Source of the DNA: the human T2T-CHM13v2.0 reference genome, Homo sapiens
Length of the DNA stretch: 64,000 bases
Direction: 5' to 3' (one strand)
NCBI RefSeq assembly: GCF_009914755.1
Contig: NC_060933.1
A program made the translations under genes and the position numbers. Below are positions 52,990 to 64,000 of the stretch, one piece after another. The notes under the pieces were generated by a model. The model ran no database searches, was not told where the DNA came from, and saw only the letters and a list, made by a program, of their open reading frames with translations. Position 1 is the stretch's first letter. Every line of letters starts with the position of its first letter.

Positions 52990-54469
52990 TGCGTGTAAAG
53001 CTCCTATAACACGCAGGTAGCACTGTGTAGGTTCCCTTTTCCCTGTTTTTAGAAAACCTCTTTCTGTTAACTTTCCCCTCTTTTAAAATATTCATTCTCC
53101 AGCTGATAGACATGTTTCATAGCTTAGAACAAGGGTAGCCACAGGATCTCAGTTCCAGCCCAAGTTTTCCAATTTCAGCATTTTCCCAGTTGTGTAGCTA
53201 TGTAATGCTGTGATATGTTCTTGTACTGTAAACACCAGTGTACCACACCCAGATTTTCCTGAAATAGGAAGAACTGATGTTATGTAAGAAGCAGAGTTTG
53301 AGGTGGGAAAAGAATATTTCTTACAGCCCTGAACTTAGTTCTGCTTATAACCCTGGGTAATGTAATATGTGAGAGAAGCCAGGTCTGGGCAGCAAGAGAG
53401 GAACTAAAAGGGTGAAGGAAAATGGAAGGCGGATTGAGACTGGCAAAGGGACAGGGACGAGGATAGAGATTGAGAGAGGGACTGGGATCAAGGAAGGAAG
53501 TGTGGAGCTGAACTGCTTTCCTCTTCCTAGGCCCTTTAGAGCATACATGTGCCTTACATGCAGACAGGGCACAGCACTTGTCTCCTGTGCACAGCACTTG
53601 GGCAGAACAGGCTGACAGCTGATGGCCAGATTTCCTGTAATTAATTACCAGATCATTGATGCACCCTAGGTGACTGGTGAACCCAGAAATGTAACCTGCA
53701 GACTAAATGGAAATGTCAAGACCCTCTTTACTTTTTGCCTTGTTCATATTTTGCCCTGCTCCTCATTTTTGTCCAGTCTCCTGTTGTCAGCTCTGCTCCT
53801 GATGATCTTGGTGCTCATGCACTAAATTTGGTTTCCATGGGTCAGCTCTAATGCTAGCCAAAGAGTCTTAATGGGATGTCTCTCTTTAACTCCCAGTGGT
53901 ATCCTCATCCCGGCTTTAGCACCTGCTCATGGAATGGAGGTTGATCTCAGCCTGACCAAACTAAGTTTTCCTTTCTGATGTGTTAAGCTATATTTTCTCT
54001 ATCCTTCCATGATTTGAAAATGTCTTTGTTTTAAAGTCTAGTTTTCCTAAAAGAAATTTTGTTACATGGATAGATTGCATAGCGGTAAAGTCAAAATATT
54101 CTCTGATGTTGTCAGTAACAGTTGCTCAATCAGATTAGCTAATTTATCAGTGTGAGTGAATGAAAAGAGGAACCATAAATCAGGATGTAGATGGGAGGTG
54201 GGAAAGAAGCTTCAAGAAGAGGCTGAAGATTCATGTAATTTAAGGAAGCCTGGGTTAATAGGTAAGAGCAGTCTAGAAGAACACCATGGCTCTTTCGTTT
54301 ACGTAGTATTTTGTTTAGAGAAGGTAAGAATGAGTGCTGGGGAAAAGCTTTTCTTTACTACTTTCTAGTTTTTAACATATAAACCTTTCTTCTAGCTAAG
54401 AGACTAGGTTTTCTAAAATCCAAGTTGTCCAAAATATAATTTGTCTTAAAATGACCTTGCATACCCCAC

Positions 54470-54738
54470 ATTAATAACCAAAGCTTCCACCTTAAGAAAC
54501 TGAAAAAAAAGTAAATTCACCCCAAAGCAAGTGGAATGTAGGATATAATAAAGATTAGAGCAGACACTAATGAAATGGAAAGCAGAAAATTAGGTAAAAT
54601 CAAGGAAAACAAAAGTTGGTTATTTGAAAAGACCAACAAAATTAAAATCTCATCTAGACCAGTGGTTCTCAACCAAGGGTGATTTTGTACCCCAAGGGAT
54701 ATTTTGTCAATGTCTGGAGAAAAATTTAATTGTAATGC

Positions 54739-54779
<41 letters not shown>

Positions 54780-55930
54780 CAACTCGTGGGTAGAGATCAG
54801 AGATGCTACTAAATATTCTACAATGCACGACAGCCCCTCCATGCTAAAATTATTGTGCCCAAATATCAATAGTACTAAGGTTGAGATACCTGATTTAAAC
54901 TGACAAAAAAAAAAATGAAAAAGGAGACATCACTACTAATCTCACAGAAATTAAGAGGATTATAAGAGCACATGATGAACAATTTTAAGCTAACAAATTA
55001 GACAATGTAGATGAAATAGTTCATAGCATGATACAAATTAATGAAACTGACTAAAGAAGAAATAGAAAACATGCATAGACTAGTAAAGAATTTTAATAGT
55101 AATGGAAAAAATCTTCCCTCAGAGAAAAGCATAGGTCCAGATATCTTCACTGGTGAATTCTATAAAACACCAATTTTTTAAAAAAACATTTCCACAAATT
55201 GTAAGAGAGAACATTTCTGAACAAATTCCATGAGACCAGTATACCCTTATACAAAGCTGGACAAAGACATCTCAAGAAAATAAAACTACAGACCAATATT
55301 CCTCATGGTTGTAGATGCAAAAATCTTCAGCGAGATATTAGCAAAATGAATCCAGCAACATATAATATGATTATACACCGTGCCAAAGTAGGATTTCCCC
55401 TAGTAATAGAAGGTTGGTTTACTATCTAAAAATCAATCAATGTAATGTCACATTAATATAATACTATGAATAAAGACAAAAATCACATGGTCATCTCAAT
55501 ACATGCACAAAACATTTGACAAAAATCTAATCCTCATTCATGATAAAATTTTTTAGTAAACTGTAAATGGAAAATACTTTTCTCAACCTGATAGAGGAAT
55601 TCTATGAAAAATCTGTAAGTAGCATTATATAATACTTATTGGTTAAAGACTGACTGCTTTTTCCTCTAAAATTGGGGGAAAGACTACATATTATATGATT
55701 CTATTTATATATATCTTGAGATAAATAAATCTATAAAGGCATGTAGCAGATTGGTGTTTGCCTGTGATGGGAATGGAGTGACAGCAAATGGGCACTAGCA
55801 ATCTTTATGGGGGAATAAAAATATGCTAAAATTGGATTTTGGAGATAGTTTCACAACTCTGTCAATTCACTAAGAATCATTAAATTGTAAAATTAAAATG
55901 GATGAATTTTATGGAATCTAAATAATGTTT
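54470..55930 (+). mobile_element. Old L1M fragments (ORF2 and 3' end)
   Basis: aaagttggttatttgaaaagaccaacaaaatt, gaaaataaaactacagaccaatattcctcatg, ggtcatctcaatacatgcacaaaacatttgacaaaa. Confidence 0.8.
54660..54892. mobile_element. MER20 (hAT-Charlie) containing an internal (TG)19, with degenerate 8-bp TSD
   Basis: cagtggttctcaacc...aaggttgagatacctg; flanks atctagac / atttaaac; (TG)19 at 54741-54778. Confidence 0.85.
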
Positions 55931-58900
55931 AACAATACTCTAAAAACGTTATTATGTGTGGGGTGTGGGGTGTGTGTAAGTACATGTTTGGGAATGATTC
56001 TTAGAATTTCCAAGGGCTTGAGCCTAGTCCTGGCCTAATCTTGAATTCGCTGTCTGTCCTTGGTAAAATTACCTTATCAATTTTTTCATCTATAAAGCAA
56101 AAGGGCAGAACTACTTACTTTCCAAAATTTCTTCCAGTTCTTCTAACATTGTATGTATCAGGGTGCTTTTGTGTGAATTGTGGCTCATGATTCAGGTAGC
56201 TAAGATTACATGCTAGGCTTCAGAGAAAGGTCTTCCTCTCTGCCTTAGAGAGTTAAGAGACCATTAGGATGAAAGAACCTTTTAGAGATGGATCAGGGTT
56301 AGGTTATGCCCTTCACCGTGGGGGTGAGAACACTGATTGATTAACTTGTCCAAACCAAAACATCTCCTTAAATAGCCAAGGTGGGACTAGAATCCACTCA
56401 TCTGGTCCCATGTCCATCCTTCCCCAGGGGAAAGTTGTGCTTTTATATTTCTTTTACTGGGAGTCTGGAGAGGGTAAGCTTGGGAAAAAAGTAGGCAAGA
56501 AAGAACTCTCGGGTGCCTATATGAGCGGGTTTGATTTTCATGCTTGTAGCTATGAGCCTGAGTCTGTGGCAGCTGTGGACGAGTGGGAAGGGTGTTGCCA
56601 TGTTTATGTCTGGTATCTTCCTTGCATGACGGTAAACACACACTCGTTTTCTAGCCATCTTTTTGCACTTGTCTCCCTATCGTGAAGTAAAGTCACCATA
56701 AGCATCAGCTTTCAGGAAAACTCCTATTTATTCAAAAGATATTTTATTCTCATAAAAGCCAAACCAAAAAAAAAATAATTATGTAAAAGTCAAAGCACAG
56801 TAAAATCCCTATAAATCCATGGCCTGATTTCACAGCTCTCAGCAGGGACCCACCAGGGTCCCACCAGGTCCGGTTCATTTCTCTTTCCCCTTTCATCCTA
56901 TTACTGCTTTCTCATTGCTTCTTATCTCCAAGCTCCATCCCAGAGTATAATAGTTAGGGTGACAATCTGTCTGCCACCTTGTGGTTAGGAACCTAAGTGT
57001 TGTCGGTTAAGTTCCTTGGATCTAGAGAATTTGGAAAGTTTACATTTGACTATCAGGGTAATAAAAACCATAAAGCTCGTAATTAATGGTAAGAACAGAT
57101 GTCATGTATTAAGGACTACAAGCTAAGCAGAATGCGAAGCTCTCTGTATGCATTAATGCATCTATTTCTCAAAATAACCTTGTGAGACAGGCACTGTTAT
57201 CTCCATTTCCTGGTGAAGCAACTGAAGCTCAGATGAGTTAAGTAGAGGGTTTAGAGTTAAGGAAAATGAGTGGGCAAGGCCCTCAAATGTGTCTACTTCT
57301 AGGGCTGCTCTCTTGGTGTGACCATTGCACCACTCTCCTCAATCCCTCTCATCCCAATCCAATTTCAACCAATGCTCAAATATGTCTACCACACCACTGT
57401 TGATGGACCATCCACCCTTCCCGTGAAAGGGAACTTACTACCACTGAGGCATTACATTCCATAGTAACTTTCTGCAGCCAGTGCCCAGCACTTGTTCTGG
57501 AACTGTTATACCAACACATTTAAAATCACATAATTGGCTTTACATTTTTTAAAAAAGGGTATCATGCCCCTTTGCCCCTTGAGCCCTCACCACTCTTACA
57601 AGGCAATCCTAGTTCTTGAACAGTCTCTAAATGACAAGGTTTTGTGTCTTTCTACCACTCTGGTTTCTCTCCTTTGACCAGGCCCCAGGTCATCCCTACT
57701 CCCTCTTAAAAAGTGGAGTTTGGAACACACAGCACAGGTGGAGCGATGGCATTACCTTCCTCTTTCTAGTTTCTGTACTTCTAATGCTGCCTAAATTTTG
57801 TTTAGTTTTCACATTATTCGGTTAATTACTTGGGAAGTGCATTTTAATCTCTATATGGTTAAATAAAATAGATTTAGAAATAACAGTTGAATACATAGAA
57901 CTTGAAGAAACATTTGTTAAATGCTCTTTTATATCCACTGTATCTTATTTCAAAATTGATTGCCTCTATGTCTATTTCCATGTAAGCTTGCTGATGATTT
58001 TACTCCTTGACCTCATAATCCAAATTTGGCCAAGGATGTTTGCTGGTCCTCTTTTTTAAATGCCCTTTCCATAGAGGAAAAATAAACAGACCCTTGTTGT
58101 GACAAGCATGGCCGAGCCATGTCCTAGCGGAAGGGGTTGTATCCTGTGCTCATTCCTCTCCTGATTAATTGCCAAGCTGCATATTTGACCACAGAAGATG
58201 CTGAGGAACTCTGCCCACTCCAAGTTTAGCCTTGATCTTGGTGAGTAGAAAAATTCTCTGTGTCAATGGCTAAAATTACCTAGTCAGGTTCTCTCTAACT
58301 CTGGCCTGCATTTTCCATCATTTGTTTATTTGCCGTGGGAAGAGATCATCTTCCAAAGTGGGCCAAAGGCAGATAGATTCAGCTCTACCCCATGTTGAGG
58401 CATAATCATTTTCCAAATCTGCCTGGGGACGCAAATTAGTTCTGGATGCTTTCCTGTCACTTGGGCGGAGGGCTTGTCTCCAGCATTAATATTGACATAG
58501 ATATAAACTATTGCTGCCTTTCTAGTTTTTAACCAGTTCTTACGGCCTCACAAATATTTTTTAAAGGTGAAAAACAAAACACTTGCCAATTTCTTTATTT
58601 CTTAAAGCACTCAAGCGGTAGGTCCTCTCTGATACCCTTAAATCATAAGAACATTTCCCCAACCAGGCCTTTGTCCTGTAATTCTACCTGGAAGCAACTT
58701 AATCCACGTTTGAGGTTGTTGCCCTCTTCCTAAGGACCGACGACGCAGAAGGTGGTTGAGTAGGATGAAATCTGAGCCCTCCTGGCAGGCTTGATTTTTA
58801 ACACATGTCTAAAGCATGTATTTAGCTGTCACCAAGAGAGCTGACAGTTTCTGGGAGAGGTACTATGTACAAAGGACCAGCAGTGGGCATTCCCAGACCA

Positions 58901-59932
58901 CACCCACTTACAGCATGATGTGATCTGAGCTTCTTTTTTCTCCAGAGCCAAACACACAGAATGAAGCGAAAATTCAACCACAGTAATAAAAAAAGAAAAC
59001 AAACAAACAATGACAACAACAAAACCCTACCATTTAAAAGGCACCAGAATAAGCCATACCAGAGTTTTTTGGGGAGTGGCACCCTAAAAGGACATTGATG
59101 CAGGTAGAAAAAAGTATTCAAAAGCAAGTTTACTCATCAAAAGTACATTTTTCTGTCTTGGCTTAAAAATAGTACAGGGAATGTCTGATTCTAGCTATCA
59201 CCAGAGATCCTAGAACCAACTGAGTTCCTTAGCACTGGGATTTCTTATTTCTTGGGCTGGATCTAGGCTCAACCCCTAAAATGCTGCCTCCTTACAACAT
59301 TGAACAATTGACAAGCACCATCTAAACACAAAATATTGCACTTTATTACCTTATTCAGGATTCGCAAGTACCCTGCAAAGTAGGCATTATTAGCCCCCTT
59401 TTGGAGATGGGAAAATGAAGTTCAGAGAGGATGAGGACCTGCCCCAAGGCTGCACAGCCTGTGAGTGGGGAGCCTTCAAAGTGTCAAAGTGGCCTATAGA
59501 CGCTTAGGTCTTCATCTCTAAAGCCTATCTTCTTAACCGCTGTGCCCTGCTGCCTCTGCTGGACCTTCTCAACGCTGTGTCCTGTCCCTGACCCATACCC
59601 CCACTTCCTTTCAGGTTAAGTGTTAGGATTATCATAAACCTCCTAGTGTTACCCTCCAGGGAAATACATTCTCATGCTTTAAACAAAATAATCTCACCAC
59701 TTTCCCTAAGAAAGGAGAGGCCCCATAAGGGCATGCTCGCCCAGTTGTCAGCTGGTCCAGCAGTTTGCTGTCCAGGTTCCTACCCCTTCAGGGGACTCCA
59801 GCCCCAGCCTGAATCTGACCATGAGAGACCCTAAGTGAGAGCTGCCCATCTGAGTACATCAACCCTAGAACTATGAGAAAGAAAACTAAATTGTTTCAAG
59901 GAACTAAGTGTTGGGAAGTTTGTTATGTATAA

Positions 59933-60276
<344 letters not shown>

Positions 60277-60380
60277 CAAATTAATATTCTTTCTGTGTCA
60301 TTCAGTATCTCATAGTACCTAATACCTAATATGGAAACATCTCCTTCTACTGACTATTAGTCACATAATAAAATTTTGTT

Positions 60381-60683
60381 GGCCAGGCATGGTGGTTCAC
60401 ATCTGTAATCCCAATGCTTTGGGAGGCCAAAGTTGGGAAGACCACTTGAGGCCAGGAGTTCAAGACCAATCTTGGTGACATAATGAGACCTCATCTCAAC
60501 AAATAATTTTAAAAAACTAACCAGGCACAGTGGTGCATACCTGTAGTCCCAGCTACTTGGGAGACTGAGGTGGGAGGATTGCTTGAGTGCAGGAGTTCCA
60601 TATTACAGTAAGCTATGACAGTGCCACTACATTTCAGCCTGGGGACAGAGTGAGACTCTGTCTCTATACATTAAAAAAAAAAA
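60381..60683 (+). mobile_element. AluJ SINE
   Basis: Diverged full dimer. Confidence 0.9.
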
Positions 60684-62662
60684 TTAAATTTTTCCTTGTT
60701 GGATTGAGGAGAAGTGATCAGAATTCAAAAAAAAATTCCTTATCAGCCTTTTACTCCTGTGTTGTCATATAACGCAACAGAGCAGGTTTGATGAGGGTGG
60801 AGGTGGGATGGGGTGGTCAAAACTCAAGGTCGCTATACAGTTCATTACATGATGTTTATACTTCTGCCATGTCCAACATGCCTTCGGATTTGATTTTCCA
60901 AATGATTTACTGGGCCTGCTAAAAAATAATTTACATAATGAAGTCAGGGTGTAAACTCTGAGTATATCAAGACAGTTCACCAGTGGACAAAAAATGGGCA
61001 TGGGAACTCATATTTTACAAGTGCTTCCTATGTGCACAAATGTTTTCTATGTGCCAGGGAGTCTCCATGAATTATCTCATTTGGTCCTCATTCAGACACT
61101 CCAGGCAGACTCACTTCTCCCCATTTTATAGGTGGGAAAACTGACTCAGAAAGGTAATTTGGCGATAGTTGGAAGAGCCAAGACTTGAACCTCAGTCTGA
61201 TTCCAATATCTGTTCACTTCTCATTCATTAGTGTCAGATACATGCAGGAAACCAATGTGACTTCACTGCAGATGTCAAAGCCATGTGAAGGGAATCCTTG
61301 CTGCCTCCCTCTGCCCCTCTCTGAGGCAGGGGCCATTTTTTGACTTCTCTCCAGGAATGCATGACCATCACTGAACCAGCTTGTCCTGTCTGAGCAAGAG
61401 CTTGTGCTCTATTCTGTTCTGCTCCCTATTAAGGCCCAGGATGCTGCATGCCTGTCCTTGGGGACATGGGTACCTGCTAGTATTGATTCCCCTTGGTGTC
61501 GACATCACTCAGGGTTAGTTTGTGGCTCTTGGGTCACCATCACATTTCCAGGTGTTTGGACCTTCAGAGCAGAGTCCTAGGTGACCTTGTCTCTTCATTC
61601 AGAAAGAAAATAGAGGCCTTTTACATGTGTAGGATCTGATGTTTATGGTGCTGCTAATCTCTGTCCCCTCCCTCCCAGCATACACTCACTTATCATAGTA
61701 GAAAAGTCTCGGTCACGGCTTAGAGGTGCAGCCTGTCTTTATTTACTACTCCATAGCTGTAGGCGTTCTCACAATTACCCCTTTTCCTCTGATGGCTATT
61801 TTTTTATTTTTTTTATTTTTTGCCACCTCAAGATACTTAGTCACTTATAATTTTAAAAGTGGTCAATTTTGAATTTAATTCATTCAATTCAATCTACCTT
61901 CCCAGTGGCTGTCCTAGCCCAGGGCAGATGGTCCCATGCCTGTGCCCCCCTTCATTCTTTGCTGACTGTTTGACTGTTGCTGGGCCATCTTGTCCCCCCA
62001 AGGCTGTGGTGTGGGCCTCCGAGCTTTCTGCCCCTCTGCTGAAGTGTTGAGAGCTGGTGTTGTTTGTGCGTCTCCCTCTGCACCTCCACTGGCACCCCTG
62101 CAGCCTTAGCTCCCTTGGCTCACGGCATGGTTGACCCTGACATTCACCTCTCTCTTCATCTAGTTCCTCAAAGCTGTGCCCTCTCCCTAAGCTGCCTAAT
62201 CCTCTGGCTGACGCATGGACTCTACCATGGAAACTGTGGTAATCATTAGTGCTGCTCACCAACTATCTCTGGATTACACTTCCTGTGCCCCATTTTGGGT
62301 GGCTGGGGCCATGTGATTTGTTGATTAAGCTCCAAAATGAGATGAGTCAAGCTAAACATCTAATTGTCTGGGGATAATCCTCCAGAATCCTCTTTCCTCT
62401 GCAGTAGCACCCAGCAATATCCAAGATGGTGACTGCTGCATCAGTCTGGATCCCTGAGGATGGAAGATGGGCTGACCTCCCTCTCAGAGTATTTTCTATA
62501 TTCTGGCTGCCCCATGGCAACTGAGACACCCTGGGAGGTACTTCAGTTTCCCAAGCCTGTCCAGTATTTCCATCTTGTCTCCCTCCCTCACCACTGGTTT
62601 TGACCTTGAGGAGTGAGATAGAGCTGAAATGCCTCTGGCTCTACTCTCTAACTCATGCCTTT

Positions 62663-62971
<309 letters not shown>

Positions 62972-63578
62972 AGCCTCCATGAGTTTCTTGAAAGAAGAGC
63001 ATAATCACCAACCATTCCTCACTTCTAGCTCCTTCCATTTTTATGTTCAAATTCAGTGGGCATGTGTCAGCCTCATCTCACTTGACCTCTCAGCAGCATT
63101 GCTCCTGTTGACCCCTGGCTTCTTAAAGCCCTGTCCCTCCCTGGTCCTACCTCTCCTAGTTTCTCCCTACTTTCTTTCAGCTACCCTAGGGAGGTCCTCA
63201 GCCTATACACACCCTTTTCATGTTGTTGTTGTCTAGCTTCTGTCTGTGGCTGTCTTTTCTACCTACATCCTCTCTCAGGTGAACTTGTCCATGCCCAAAG
63301 ACTTAGAGACCATCAGATGTCGCCATTGCATCTGCCATCTAACCCTTTATAGTTTCTTCTTTCTTCCCCTGGGATCTGGCCCCTCGACACATTCCTCTTT
63401 AGCTTCCTACTGAAGGTGAGTTTGCAGGGTGGTGGGTGGTGCTGCAGGGGTTGCTCCTTATCTGGGCAATGTTGCACCCTCTCTTTGCTTTTAAAGGCTG
63501 GTAAGGTCTGCCAACATGGGTGTGCTCTGTGCTCTGGCAGGCCTCTCTTTGTCCTAAGCACACCTTTGATCCTGGCTT

Positions 63579-64000
63579 TATAATCACCTGATGGGTTCTT
63601 CCCACCTGCTGCATAGACAAAATCAATTCACTGAGAGCATGGCATTGCAGTAAAGAAAGACTTTAATTGACATAAGGCTGGCTGTGCAGGAGATGGAGTT
63701 ATTACTTAAATCAGCCTCCCTGAGCTGAGAGGCTAGGGTTTTTATGGACAACTTGGTGGGCAGGGGGCTAGGGAATGGGTGCTGCTGATTGGTTGGATAT
63801 AAAATCATAGGGCTGTGGAAAATGGTCCTCATGCACTGAGTCCATCTCTGGGTGGGGCCACAGGATCAGTTGAGTCATGATCCCAAGTGGAGTCAGTCTG
63901 AAAAGCATCTCAAAAAACCAATCTTAGGTTCCACAATAGTGATGTTACCTATAGGAGCAACTGGGGAAGTCACAAATCTTGTGACCTCTGGCTACAAGAC
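63579..64000 (-). mobile_element. LTR8-family ERV1 LTR, running off the right edge
   Basis: gatgggttcttccc.cctgctgc...ggcattgcagtaaagaaagactttaattg...ttactt.aatcag.ctccc. Confidence 0.7.

Overview
Primate genomic DNA, almost certainly human (chromosome 9p22 by gene identity). Bases 1-~15,920 hold the 3' two-thirds of SH3GL2 (endophilin-A1) on the + strand: coding exons 4-9, all with GT-AG boundaries and consistent reading-frame phases, followed by a ~1.4 kb 3' UTR. The remaining ~48 kb is repeat-rich intergenic DNA (Alu, L1, L2, MIR, THE1/MLT/MER57/LTR8-type LTRs, Tigger/hAT DNA transposons, microsatellites) with no supportable protein-coding gene. The most notable observation is that exon 8 codon 276 reads GTT (Val) where the canonical protein, as I recall it, has Gly. 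This is p.G276V, a rare variant reported as a Parkinson's-risk allele. Other leads are a candidate in-frame alternative last exon in intron 8 that would delete the SH3 domain, a perfect CTCF motif, an inverted pair of PBX-MEIS/PREP sites, a twin-primed inverted L1, and two apparent templated-insertion events. I see no evidence of a wholly new multi-gene system. Repeat subfamily names come from recalled consensus sequences and their boundaries are approximate.
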